The notes under the pieces: model-generated | The model's input: only the letters and a program-made list of their open reading frames with translations | What the model was told of the DNA's origin: nothing | The model's database searches: none | In this document: piece after piece, positions 17,371 to 27,317 of the stretch | Layout of the letters: each line of letters opens with the position of its first letter | How positions within the stretch are numbered: the first letter of the stretch is position 1 | Position numbers and translations under genes: made by a program | Source of the DNA: Verrucomicrobiota bacterium | Lineage (GTDB): Bacteria; Verrucomicrobiota; Verrucomicrobiia; Limisphaerales; CANJSG01 | Length of the DNA stretch: 53,892 nt | Reading direction: 5' to 3' | NCBI GenBank assembly: GCA_038209745.1 | Contig: JBBQXJ010000027.1 | Location: forward strand, 1-53,892

Positions 17371-18726
17371 TCAAAGGATGCCGCCGGTCAGTCGGAACTT
17401 TCCGGAGCCTTCCGGCATCAGCAGATCAGTGGCTTCGATGGCCCCGCAGGTGTCCTTGCCCAGGAGATTCTCCAACCGCTCGCGCAGCTCGGACAGCCGG
17501 GGTGGAAGTGTCGCTCCGGGATCGGGCAGGTAGCGGAGGTGCCAACGGCGGTCGGGAGTCTGCCGCAGCTCGTAGTGGGCTATGCCGGTCGTTTCCTCGA
17601 AGCATCCGTCCACTTGTCGGGTGGTCACGCGGCGGCCATCCATTCCGAGCAGGGCGTCCCTGGCCCGGCCATGCACGACAAGGGAAGCGTCCGAGCCCGC
17701 GCGGGTGCGGTGTTCCACCAGATCGCCGATGCGATAGCGGATGAGCGGCATGTAGTCGTTGGAAAGGGTCGTGACGATCAGCTCGCCGATTCCGTCGCGA
17801 TCCGGGTCGGGCAGTTCCAGCAGAGCCGTCTGGCAACTGGGCGCCATGCGTCCGTGCTCGTCCTCCATCAAGAGATGCCCGGTCTCGGTGGACCCATAGA
17901 GATCGAAGACGGGCACCTCGAACACCCTTTCCAGGATGCGACGGTGGACGACGCTGAGGAACTCGTAGCTGCAGACGATGAACCGGAGCGAGGGCAGACG
18001 GATGCCTTGGGCTTCGCAATGGAGCGCGAAGCCGACCCCGTAGACCGGGTCGACATCGAGAAACTTCGGCGACCAGGCGACGGCCTCTTCCGCCATGCGC
18101 GCGAGATCCGGCTGGCTCCACAGGAAGGGATACTTAGAAAGGTTGACGAACAGCGCGTGGTCCACGACCCGGTCGGCACGGTCCGGGCGGCCCGCGTAGC
18201 AGATGTCGCCCCCGCAAACCGGAGGCGTGATGGTGACGCGACGCGTATCGGGGAACGCGTCGAGCACACTGGCGACGACGGAGTTCAGCCGGAGGGTCCG
18301 GTCTTCTTGGGCGCGCCACCAACCATAGGGGAGAAGCAGACGGGTCCGTTCCTCGGAAGTGCCGGAGGTGTGTTCGAGTTCCGCGAGTTCCTCGTCGAGC
18401 AGCGCGTTCAGATCCGCGCCGTCCCGCAGGAAGTTGCGCGGGAAGTCCCGACGGATGTCTTGCTTGGTGATGAAGGGCAAATGGGCGATCGCGGCTGGAA
18501 ACTCCTTTCCTAGAAGCCCCTGCGCCATCGCTCTGTCGGCTGGACGATAGAGCGGGATTTCCGCCAGCCAACCCGGCAGGGCCTCGGCTAGACGGGATGA
18601 TTGCCACTCTCGGCAGAGGTTTTGGGCGGAGTTTGATGGCCACGACGATCGGTTCCTCGGCGCCTCGGCCGTGTTTGGGCGGGCGCGGTGGCGCGCTGTC
18701 AAGAGCTCCGGACCGGTGGCGGTCAT
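17371..18726 (-). CDS. Phenylacetate-CoA ligase (PaaK/CapK)-like adenylating enzyme
   Basis: LPFITKQD, TSGTS, YGSTE, PLIRYRIGD, GSGKFR. GGAGGAG RBS precedes ATG 18726. Confidence 0.82.
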   Translation of the reverse strand: MTATGPELLTARHRARPNTAEAPRNRSSWPSNSAQNLCREWQSSRLAEALPGWLAEIPLYRPADRAMAQGLLGKEFPAAIAHLPFITKQDIRRDFPRNFLRDGADLNALLDEELAELEHTSGTSEERTRLLLPYGWWRAQEDRTLRLNSVVASVLDAFPDTRRVTITPPVCGGDICYAGRPDRADRVVDHALFVNLSKYPFLWSQPDLARMAEEAVAWSPKFLDVDPVYGVGFALHCEAQGIRLPSLRFIVCSYEFLSVVHRRILERVFEVPVFDLYGSTETGHLLMEDEHGRMAPSCQTALLELPDPDRDGIGELIVTTLSNDYMPLIRYRIGDLVEHRTRAGSDASLVVHGRARDALLGMDGRRVTTRQVDGCFEETTGIAHYELRQTPDRRWHLRYLPDPGATLPPRLSELRERLENLLGKDTCGAIEATDLLMPEGSGKFRLTGGIL

Positions 18727-19239
18727 GGTCGGCTCCTCCAGTCGGGGCGGACGAGGACGGGGCCTGCCTGTGCTCCCGGGCATCTCAGGAAAACGTCGAA
18801 GCGAGCAAGACTCATAAATCGATCATAGCAGGTTTTTCGCCTCTTGCAGCGGCCGTGAGCAGCGCGCCGTTCGAGCGGGGCGTTCCTGGACAATTGACTC
18901 GCCATTTAGTGCGGGTGCGAATTCGTGATCCGAGGTCCTGACAGGCGCTTGCGGCGTTCATCTGGAAGTTCGACAAAGGTGGGTTTGAATTGGGGGTTCG
19001 TGGAATGCCGAGGCCGGACGCGCAGCCGGGTCCACTGTCTCCGCTACGCCGGAATCATGACCTTGCCGGTGCTGGTGACACTCGATCAGGAATGTGCCCG
19101 CATGGGCACGGTCCGGGTGGATGCGGCCGACGTGGTGCGGGTCGCGGTGCGCCAGCGGATGAAGTGGGCGCGAGGGACGACGCCCGAGGCGCAGACCGTT
19201 GCTGACGACGCTGGGGTCTTTCACTAGGGTCCGGCCCCG

Positions 19240-22020
19240 ATGCCGACTTTGTTGGAAAAAATCCGGGCCAGCGCGGCGGAGAGGCTGGAACTTCCGGCCA
19301 ACCGCCAGCCGTCCCAGGAGCTCTCCCGCTATCGCAGGTTCTTGAAGGTCGAGACCCATCGCCTGAAGATCGAGCACCGGGCGGGCGGCTCCGGGACGGA
19401 GGTCTGCCGGGCGCGATCGATGATGCTGGACGAGTTGCTCAGCGGAATCGTTGTATCGGTCATCGCGACGAGCCCCGGCATACCGGGCCACAACGTCGCG
19501 GGGTTTTCCCTTGTCGCGATCGGCGGCTACGGTCGGGGTGAGCTGAATCCGTTCAGCGACATCGACATCCTCTTTCTCCACGACGGCACTCTGGTCAGCC
19601 GGGGCAAGCCCACGGCGGAGATGACGGCCTTGGTGGACGGGTTGCTCTACACGCTTTGGGACGTCGGCTTGAAGGTCGGCCACAGCGTCCGCAGCGTCGC
19701 CGACTGCGTGGAGGTGGCGAACCAGGACATGCAGTCGAAGACGTCGCTGATCGAGGCGCGCTTGATCCTCGGCAGCGAGAAGCTCTTCAGGGAGATGCAG
19801 CGGGCGATCGTCGCGAAATGCGTCGCGGGTCACGAGGCCGAGTATCTCGCGGCGCGCATCGCGGACCAGACGACCCGTCGGGCCAAGCACGGCAACTACC
19901 CGATGATGCAGGAGCCGAACATCAAGAACGGCTGCGGCGGCCTGCGTGACTTCCAGAACCTGGTGTGGATGGCCTTCTTCCGGATCCGCACCCGCTCGCT
20001 GGAGGCGCTGGAGGAGAAGGACATGATCACGGCGGCGGAGCGCAAACAGTTGGAGAGCGCCTATGATTTCCTCCTCCGCGCCCGCAACGAGCTTCACTAC
20101 ACTCTCGGCCGGTCGGGCGACGTTCTCCAGCGCGGCCTCCAGCCCGCCGTGGCCTCGGGACTCGGCTACACGGACCGATCGCCGGAGAAGCGGTTGGAGG
20201 TCTTCATGCGGGACTACTACCTGGCCGTCCGCAGCGTCGACCTGATCACGCGCACGCTGGAGCAGCGACTCGTCACGTCCCTGCCGGAAGAAGGGTTCGT
20301 GCCCCGGGTTCGAAGCATGCTGGAACAGCGCCGCCGCGCGCAGCGGGAGCAGCGGGTGGACGGGTTCAAGTTCTTCGACGGCGCGATCTATCCGGACTCG
20401 AACCGGGTCTTCAAGGAACAGCCGCGCCGGATGATGCGCGCCTTCCTCCACGCCCAGACTCGCGGACTCCGGCTGAGCGCGGATCTGTCGCGGCTCATCC
20501 GGGCGGATCTGTCGCTCGTCGATCGGTCCTTCAAGGCCGACACGCACGTGCGGGAGACCTTCATCGAGATCCTCAGCCACCGCGGCAATGTCGCTCCGAT
20601 TCTGCGGGCCATGCACGAGGTTGGGTTCCTCGGCAAGTTCATGCCGGAGTTCGGCCTCTTGACCTGCCTGGTCCAGCACGAGTTCTACCATCAATACGCG
20701 GCCGACGAGCACACTCTGGTCTGCCTGGGCAAACTGGACCACGTGTGGGAGGCCAAGGAGCCGCCCTTCTCCAACTACCGCGACATCTTCATGGGCGTGG
20801 AGCGGCCGTGGCTGCTGTATCTCGCCCTCCTGCTCCACGACTCGGGCAAAGCCTATCGCACCGGCAAGCACGAGATCATCGGCGGCGAGCTCGCCCTCAA
20901 GGTGGGCAAGCGTCTCGGTCTCGACGGCGCCACGACCCACCAGCTCCGGCTCATCATCGAGCTCCATCTCCTGCTGGTGCAGGTGTCCCAGCGCCGCGAT
21001 CTGGACGACCCGACGGTCATCCGGCACGTGGCCGAGCAGGTGCAGAGCGCGGACACGCTCGACATGCTCGCGTTGCACACTTTGGCGGATTCCACCGGCA
21101 CGAGCGACCAGCTCTGGAACAGCTTCAAGGACTCCCTCCTCTGGGGGCTCTACAGCCGGACGCGCCAGCTCCTTGTCGAGGGCACGGAGTTCATCCGGGG
21201 CGAGGAACGGCAGCGGGAGCTTCTCCTGGCGGAGATCCGTCGGCAGAAGCCGAAGACCTTCCACGCCGAGGAGGTGGAAGCCCACTTCCGCTCCCTGCCG
21301 CCGCGCTATTTCACGATCCATTCCGCCCGCGAGATCATGTCGCACCTGACGCTCGTCCACCGATTCCTGCACCAGCAGGTCGACGACACCGAAGATGCGC
21401 TGACGCCCGTGGTGAACTGGCACAACGAACCCGACCGCGGCTACACCGAGGTGGTGGTCTGCACCTGGGACAGGGCGGGTCTCTTCAGCAAGATCTGCGG
21501 AGCCCTCGCCGCCTCGGGATTCAACATCCTTGGAGCCGAGATTTTTTCCCGAACCGACGGCGTGGTCCTCGACGAGTTCTACGTCGCGGACGCCCGGACG
21601 GGACTGCTGGCCAAGCGGGAGGAGAAGGAGAGCTTCGAGGATCTGTTGACGCGCGCCCTGGCCGACGACGGAGTGGACCTGCACGACGTCATCATGAAGG
21701 GCAAGCTGCCCCGCTCTCCCTATCGCAAGCACGCCGTCGAACGGATGGAGACCAGGATCGAATTCGACAACGACACGGCGGGCGCGCGGACGATCATCGA
21801 CATCGAGACCGAGGACCGGATCCGTCTCCTGTATTTCATTTCACAGACGCTGAACGACCTGGATCTGGACGTGTCGCTGGCCAAGATCTGCACGGAGAAG
21901 GGTGCCGCCATCGACAGCTTCTACGTGAACGAGGCCGACGGTCGGAAGATCGAATCCCCGGAACGCCAGGCCGAGATCGTGAAGAAGCTCAAGGCCTGCA
22001 TCGCCAGGCTGGAGGCGTAG
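19240..22020 (+). CDS. glnD: [protein-PII] uridylyltransferase/uridylyl-removing enzyme
   Basis: GGYGRGELNPFSDID, EPNIKNGCGGLRD, LLHDSGK (HD domain), two C-terminal ACT domains. Confidence 0.96.
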   Translation: MPTLLEKIRASAAERLELPANRQPSQELSRYRRFLKVETHRLKIEHRAGGSGTEVCRARSMMLDELLSGIVVSVIATSPGIPGHNVAGFSLVAIGGYGRGELNPFSDIDILFLHDGTLVSRGKPTAEMTALVDGLLYTLWDVGLKVGHSVRSVADCVEVANQDMQSKTSLIEARLILGSEKLFREMQRAIVAKCVAGHEAEYLAARIADQTTRRAKHGNYPMMQEPNIKNGCGGLRDFQNLVWMAFFRIRTRSLEALEEKDMITAAERKQLESAYDFLLRARNELHYTLGRSGDVLQRGLQPAVASGLGYTDRSPEKRLEVFMRDYYLAVRSVDLITRTLEQRLVTSLPEEGFVPRVRSMLEQRRRAQREQRVDGFKFFDGAIYPDSNRVFKEQPRRMMRAFLHAQTRGLRLSADLSRLIRADLSLVDRSFKADTHVRETFIEILSHRGNVAPILRAMHEVGFLGKFMPEFGLLTCLVQHEFYHQYAADEHTLVCLGKLDHVWEAKEPPFSNYRDIFMGVERPWLLYLALLLHDSGKAYRTGKHEIIGGELALKVGKRLGLDGATTHQLRLIIELHLLLVQVSQRRDLDDPTVIRHVAEQVQSADTLDMLALHTLADSTGTSDQLWNSFKDSLLWGLYSRTRQLLVEGTEFIRGEERQRELLLAEIRRQKPKTFHAEEVEAHFRSLPPRYFTIHSAREIMSHLTLVHRFLHQQVDDTEDALTPVVNWHNEPDRGYTEVVVCTWDRAGLFSKICGALAASGFNILGAEIFSRTDGVVLDEFYVADARTGLLAKREEKESFEDLLTRALADDGVDLHDVIMKGKLPRSPYRKHAVERMETRIEFDNDTAGARTIIDIETEDRIRLLYFISQTLNDLDLDVSLAKICTEKGAAIDSFYVNEADGRKIESPERQAEIVKKLKACIARLEA

Positions 22021-22043
22021 CCGGCCACGGACCCAAGGCGACC

Positions 22044-22083
22044 GGATGACAAATTGTTCATCCGCCTTTCATTGCCGGTTCAT
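22044..22083 (+). promoter_or_regulatory. Putative OmpR/CusR-family operator
   Basis: GGATGA-CAAATTGT-TCATCC palindrome plus three TTCAT direct repeats at 22057, 22068 and 22079 (11-bp period). Confidence 0.55.
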
Positions 22084-22129
22084 GGGGACGGGGTCTATTG
22101 GGAATCGGTCCACAATGTGCATCCACACC

Positions 22130-22477
22130 ATGAAACGATTCTCGATCCTGCCCTCCGTTCTCGTTGCCGTCCTCGCGCTCGGCGCCATGGTCGGCTGCGC
22201 CTCGTCCCACTCCGGATTGGAGGCGAACGCCAAGGTTTCCAAGGCGGAGGCCACGCGCATCGCGCTGGCCAAGGCGCCCGGTGGCACCGTCAAGGAAGCC
22301 GAGTTGGAAAATGAAAACGGCAAGCTCGTGTGGTCGTTCGACATCGCCACGGCCGGCTCCAAGGACATCACCGAGGTGCAGGTCGATGCCGTCACCGGCG
22401 CCGTCGTTTCGGTCGATGTCGAGTCCCCCACCGACCAGGCCAAGGAAGCGCAGGAGAAGCGCCTGGAAAAGAAATAG
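22130..22477 (+). CDS. PepSY-domain lipoprotein
   Basis: Lipobox MVGC; AKVSKAEA..IAL...PG.V.EAELE.ENG.LVW...EV.VDAVTG. Confidence 0.88.
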   Translation: MKRFSILPSVLVAVLALGAMVGCASSHSGLEANAKVSKAEATRIALAKAPGGTVKEAELENENGKLVWSFDIATAGSKDITEVQVDAVTGAVVSVDVESPTDQAKEAQEKRLEKK

Positions 22478-22510
22478 CGTTCCGCGCCTCGGCGGTCTGA
22501 GATTGCATCC

Positions 22511-23788
22511 ATGAAAGTCCCCCGTCTCCTCGCGCTGCTTCTGGCGGTCGGCTTGGTCACGGCCGGCATCGTCGTGGTCCGCGACCAGTCGAACCGGAGC
22601 GAGGCGCGGTTGGCCGGTGAGCGTTCGATGTGGCAACTGGAGAAGGAACGGCTGGAAGCGGCCTTGATTGCGGCCAATGCCCGGCCCCGAACCTTTGCCG
22701 TCGCGTCTCCGGCGCCGGCTCCGGCTCCGGCGGTCGTGGCGTCAGGGCCCTCTCCGTCCCAGATCATCGCCCGCCTTTGCGAGCGGGCCTCGGCCCCCGG
22801 CCCGGTCAATTCGCGAACCCTCCGCCGCTCGATCTATTGCCTGGAGCAGCTGGTGGATTTTGGCACCAACGGAGTGCCCGCCATCCGTGGGTATCTTGGC
22901 CGATTCGAGGACTTTGATCTGGACGTGTCCTGGTCGAACCGTGGACGCAGCGGCGGCGGCGGCCGGGGTCGGTTGCCCCAGGAATTCATCCTTCCGCCCT
23001 CGGTGCGTTTCGGGCTGTTCGATGTCCTGCGCGAAGTCGGAGGAGCCGAGGCTGAGGCCGCGCTGGCGGACGTGATGGTCCACACCGGACGAGGCGTCGA
23101 ACTGGCGTATCTGGCGAGGACCCTCCAGGAAATGGCGCCGAACAAATATCGGGACCCCGCGATCGCCGCCGCGCATGAATTGTTGGCCGCCGCGCTTCCT
23201 GCTGTTCCCTCCACCAACCCGATGGACCGGGACCATCGCGACTATCTCTACGGCGTGCTCACTCTCTTCGGCGACGCCTCCTTCACCGGCTCGGCGCAGG
23301 CCCAGCTCGTGCGCGGCGACGGCCAGGTGGACCGCTCGTCCCTGCGCTACCTGGAGCAATCGCTGGGTGCCCAGGCGGTCCCGATCGTTGCGCAGGCCTA
23401 TCAAGACCCTCGGATCACCGACCCGGCCGCCAAGGAGCCGCTGGCCCGGGTTGCCCTGGGCTTCGTGGGCGTGGATGCGCAGGCCAACCAGCTCTACCAG
23501 CAGGCGATCAACGATCCGGCTCTCCCCAAGGACGCGCGGCGAAATCTCATCGAGGATCTGAACCAGGACGGTTTCGCGGACCGGCGCAACCTCACCGCGA
23601 ACGACCTGCCGCTCGTCCAAAGCCGCTTGGCCCTCATCGAGCAGTCCGCCCCGAACGCGATGGACCAGGTCAACGCGAAAGCCTTCGCCGAGGCCTACAA
23701 GGATCTCCAGAACATGCAGAAGAAAATCCTCAATCCCGCTCCGGTCCAGCTCAAGGCGGGAGGGGGCAACAACCAGTCGGGTCAGTGA
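22511..23788 (+). CDS. Membrane-anchored hypothetical protein with helical repeat-like body
   Basis: N-terminal TM, short coiled coil, PAPAPAP linker, helical remainder, strong coding bias. Confidence 0.8.
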   Translation: MKVPRLLALLLAVGLVTAGIVVVRDQSNRSEARLAGERSMWQLEKERLEAALIAANARPRTFAVASPAPAPAPAVVASGPSPSQIIARLCERASAPGPVNSRTLRRSIYCLEQLVDFGTNGVPAIRGYLGRFEDFDLDVSWSNRGRSGGGGRGRLPQEFILPPSVRFGLFDVLREVGGAEAEAALADVMVHTGRGVELAYLARTLQEMAPNKYRDPAIAAAHELLAAALPAVPSTNPMDRDHRDYLYGVLTLFGDASFTGSAQAQLVRGDGQVDRSSLRYLEQSLGAQAVPIVAQAYQDPRITDPAAKEPLARVALGFVGVDAQANQLYQQAINDPALPKDARRNLIEDLNQDGFADRRNLTANDLPLVQSRLALIEQSAPNAMDQVNAKAFAEAYKDLQNMQKKILNPAPVQLKAGGGNNQSGQ

Positions 23789-23835
23789 TGAATTGCGGCC
23801 ATGGGCCGTCCAACCTCCAAATTCGAATGAAATCC

Positions 23836-24867
23836 ATGAATGCGAAACTGTTCCTCCCCTTGGTGGGCGTGCTCCTTGTCGCCACAGCCAGCACCTGTCC
23901 GGCGGCCGAACCCTACCGGTTGCTCAAGGAGATCCCCGTCGGCGGCGACGGGGGCTGGGACTATCTGTCGATGGATTCCGCCGCCCACCGTCTCTATGTC
24001 TCCCACGCGACCAAGGTCGTGGTGATCGACACGGAGACCGACAAGGTCGTGGGCGAGATCGCCGACACCCCGGGCGTCCACGGCATCGCCATCGCGAGCG
24101 CTTTGCATCGTGGCGTCACGACCAATGGCCGCGAAGACAAGGCGGGCCTCGTCGATCTCGCGACGCTGAAGACCCTGTCCAAGCTGGACACCGGCAAGAA
24201 CCCCGACGGGATGATCTACGAACCGGCCTGGAAGGAAGCCTACCTCTTCAACGGGCGCGGCGAGTCGGCCACGGTGATCGACGTGGAAGGCGGCCGGGTC
24301 GTGGCCACCGTTCCGCTGACGGGCAAGCCGGAATTCGCCGCCTCGGACCCGCAAGCCGGCCGGGTCTACGTCAACCTGGAGGACAAGAACGCCGTGGCCG
24401 TGATCGACGCCAAGAAGCATGCCTTGGTGGAGACCTGGCCCATCGCTCCGGGCGAAGAAGCGTCGGGCATGGCGATGGACCGGGCGTCGCACCGCCTGTT
24501 CCTCGGCTGCGGGAACAAGCGGATGGTGATGATGGACAGCTCCAGCGGAAAGGTCGTCGCCACCGTGCCCATCGGCGACGGAGTCGACGCCAACGCGTTC
24601 GATCCAGAGACGAAGCTCGCCTTCGCCTCGTGCGGCGACGGCACCGTGACGATCGCCCGCGAGGAAAGCCCGGAGAAGCTCGCCGTCGTGCAGACCCTCA
24701 AGACGGAACGCGGTGCACGGACGATGACGCTGGACCCCGCGACCCACCGGATCTATCTCGCCTCGGCGCAGTTTGAAGCTCCGGCCGCCGGATCCCGCCG
24801 CGGGCAGATGGTTCCGGGCAGCTTCAAGATCCTGGTCTTCGGGATGGAGAAGGCATCGACGCACTGA
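23836..24867 (+). CDS. YncE/YVTN-type beta-propeller protein
   Basis: Signal peptide; GGWDYL..D....RLYVSH, GVHGIA, repeated VAVID blades, GARTMTLD. Confidence 0.88.
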   Translation: MNAKLFLPLVGVLLVATASTCPAAEPYRLLKEIPVGGDGGWDYLSMDSAAHRLYVSHATKVVVIDTETDKVVGEIADTPGVHGIAIASALHRGVTTNGREDKAGLVDLATLKTLSKLDTGKNPDGMIYEPAWKEAYLFNGRGESATVIDVEGGRVVATVPLTGKPEFAASDPQAGRVYVNLEDKNAVAVIDAKKHALVETWPIAPGEEASGMAMDRASHRLFLGCGNKRMVMMDSSSGKVVATVPIGDGVDANAFDPETKLAFASCGDGTVTIAREESPEKLAVVQTLKTERGARTMTLDPATHRIYLASAQFEAPAAGSRRGQMVPGSFKILVFGMEKASTH

Positions 24868-24912
24868 GCAATCGTTGTCACTCTTTCTTCAACAGAGACC
24901 CACCAAACCTTG

Positions 24913-26343
24913 ATGGCTTCCAATCCGTTCCCCCCGATTCGATTCCTGTCGCTGGCGCTGGTTGCCGCAGTGCTGACCGGCTGCGTCCACTACGAGGCGC
25001 GGCCGGTGGCGCTGGAAAAGACGGCTTCCGCTTTCGAGACGCGTTCCCTGGCGGGCCCGGAAGTGCGGGAGTTCCTCGCCAGCAAGATTGGTCGCGACTT
25101 CATGGAGTGGCCGCCGCCGGAGTGGGATTTAGAGATGCTGACCTGGGTGGCGTTCCACTTCCATCCGTCCCTCGACGTGGCGCGCGCCCAGTGGGACGTG
25201 GCCCAGGGTGGCATCCGCACGGCGGCAGGCCGGCCCAATCCCACCATCGGCTTCACGCCAGGCTACAATCTGAACGCGGTCACCGCCGTCTCGCCGTGGA
25301 TTCCCGGAACGACCATCGACGTGCCGATCGAAACAGCGGGCAAGCGCGGCAAGCGCATCGCCCAGAGCCGGCAACTGGCCGAAGCCGCCCATCAGAACGT
25401 CTTCACCGCCGCGTGGCTGGTTCGTGCGGAGCTGCGTCGGGCCTTGCTGGACGCCACCGCCGCTGATCGGCGCGGTCACGCCCTCCGGGAATTGGCCACT
25501 CTCCAACAACGCACCGTGGAGCTGCTGGAACAGCGGCGGCAGGCGGGCGCGGTCTCCATCCTCGATGTCTCGAACGTCCGCGTCGCTTTCGCCCGGGCGG
25601 AGGCCGATGCCGGCGCCGCGGAACGCATGGCGGCGACGACGCGCAGCCGCTTGGCCCAGGCGCTGGGCGTTCCGCTCGCGGCGTTGGCGGGCCAGCGCTT
25701 CGCCGATCCTTTCGCCGATCCGGCCTCGGTTCTTTCCGTCGAAGGACTTGCCGTCGCCCGCCGCCAGTGCCTCCAGTCGCGGCCCGACATTCTCGCGGCG
25801 CTCGCCAGTTACGAGGCCAGCCAAGCCGGGCTCCAGCTGGAGATCGCCAAGCAATACCCGGACCTCCACCTCGGCAGCGGCTACCAATGGGACCAGGGCG
25901 CCAACAAGTGGAATCTCGCCCTCACGCTCGAACTGCCGATCCTGAACCGCAACCAAGGACCCATTGCCGAAGCCCAGGCCCGCCGCCGCGAAGCCGCCGC
26001 CCAGGTCGTCGCCGCGCAGGCCCGCGTCATCGCGGAGCTGGACGCCGCACAGGCCGATATGGCCGCGTCCGCCGCGCAGATCGACGGCCTGGAAAAGGTC
26101 GGTGTCGCGCTCCAGCGGCAGGCCGATCTCGTCCATCAACAGCTCGAAGCGGGCGGCGCGGATCGTCTCGAAGAACAAGGCGCGCAACTGGAACTGGCCG
26201 TGGGCCGGCTCGCCCTCCTCGACGCGCGGACCAAGGCGGTGCAGGCCGCCGGCCTGCTGGAAGACGCGCTCCGCATCCCGTTCGCCAACCTCCGGTCGGT
26301 CGAGACCGATCCACGGCCGCCGGCCCAGTCCCAGAATCCATGA
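24913..26343 (+). CDS. TolC/CzcC-family outer membrane lipoprotein
   Basis: Lipobox LTGC; PNP, IETAGKR, RPD, YPDL, LPILNRNQG. Confidence 0.9.
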   Translation: MASNPFPPIRFLSLALVAAVLTGCVHYEARPVALEKTASAFETRSLAGPEVREFLASKIGRDFMEWPPPEWDLEMLTWVAFHFHPSLDVARAQWDVAQGGIRTAAGRPNPTIGFTPGYNLNAVTAVSPWIPGTTIDVPIETAGKRGKRIAQSRQLAEAAHQNVFTAAWLVRAELRRALLDATAADRRGHALRELATLQQRTVELLEQRRQAGAVSILDVSNVRVAFARAEADAGAAERMAATTRSRLAQALGVPLAALAGQRFADPFADPASVLSVEGLAVARRQCLQSRPDILAALASYEASQAGLQLEIAKQYPDLHLGSGYQWDQGANKWNLALTLELPILNRNQGPIAEAQARRREAAAQVVAAQARVIAELDAAQADMAASAAQIDGLEKVGVALQRQADLVHQQLEAGGADRLEEQGAQLELAVGRLALLDARTKAVQAAGLLEDALRIPFANLRSVETDPRPPAQSQNP

Positions 26344-27317
26344 AGAAAATTTTGCTTGGAACCGTGCTCGGTCTCGCGCTCGGCGCGACGGCCGCCTGGC
26401 TCGTCCTCTCCCGCCACGCCGAAGCATCCGCTCCGGAGACAACCAAAGCACCTGCGGCCGAAGAGAAGCACGACGGCGCGCTGCATTGGACCCGCGAACA
26501 GCAGACCGCCGCCGGCATCGTCGTCGCGCCCGCCGTGCCGACGGAGGTTAAGCCGGAACTGGAGGCGTTCGGACGCGTGCTCGACGCCTCTTCCATCGCC
26601 GCGTCCCGGGGCGAGATCGAGGCGGCACAGGCGACCTTGGACTCTTCTTCGAAGGAATTGGAGAGGGTGAAGCTGCTTCGTTCGCAGGGCGACAACGCCT
26701 CCGCCCGGGCTCTGGAAATGGCGGACGCCGCGATGAAACGCGACCGCGCTTTGCTGGCCGGTGCGTGGGCCCGGCTGACCGCCGCCTGGGGTCCGGCCTT
26801 GGCGCACCGCGACGATCTGTCCGAACTGTCCGTCGCCCTGCTCAACCAAACCGCCGCGCTGTTGCGCATCGACCTGCTGCCCGGTGAGACCGTGTCTTCC
26901 GCTCCCGAGACCGTTCGGCTGGCGGCTTTGGTCGGCTCGGGAAATCCCGCCGAGGCGGAGATCCTCGGGCCCGCTCCCAGCGCCGATCCGCAGACGCAGG
27001 GCAAGGCGTTCTTGGCGCTGTTGCGGACGAACGCCCCTGCTCCGGGGGCCTTGTTGACGGCCTTCATTCCGTTGGGCGGCGAAGCGACAAAAGGCGTGCT
27101 GCTTCCCCGCAGTTCGATCATCCGGCATGACGGTGAAGCGTTTGTCTGGCTCCAGACCGGCGAGGATGCGTTCGCACGGCACCGGGTCGAACTGGGCCGC
27201 GCCTTGCCCAGCGGCATCCTCGCCCTGAGCGGCGTGGCCGAGGGCGACAAAGTGGTGGTGACCGGGGGGCAGCAGCTGCTTTCGGACGAGCTGAAGGCGG
27301 GCGGAGGCGCGGAGTAA
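26340..27317 (+). CDS. RND periplasmic adaptor (membrane fusion protein)
   Basis: ATGA overlap with the TolC stop; N-terminal TM, helical hairpin, LP.SSI, GDKVVV.G. Confidence 0.88.
   Translation: MKKILLGTVLGLALGATAAWLVLSRHAEASAPETTKAPAAEEKHDGALHWTREQQTAAGIVVAPAVPTEVKPELEAFGRVLDASSIAASRGEIEAAQATLDSSSKELERVKLLRSQGDNASARALEMADAAMKRDRALLAGAWARLTAAWGPALAHRDDLSELSVALLNQTAALLRIDLLPGETVSSAPETVRLAALVGSGNPAEAEILGPAPSADPQTQGKAFLALLRTNAPAPGALLTAFIPLGGEATKGVLLPRSSIIRHDGEAFVWLQTGEDAFARHRVELGRALPSGILALSGVAEGDKVVVTGGQQLLSDELKAGGGAE

Noticed and set aside
19057..19227. 56-aa ORF just upstream of glnD
   Set aside because: Plausible position but no recognisable motif or clear RBS. Unsupported without homology data.
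14605..21732. Very long antisense ORFs (14605..17274, 18958..21732; similarly 516..1967, 26027..28393, 51362..53074)
   Set aside because: They mirror well-supported genes on the opposite strand, as expected in high-GC DNA, and have no motifs of their own.
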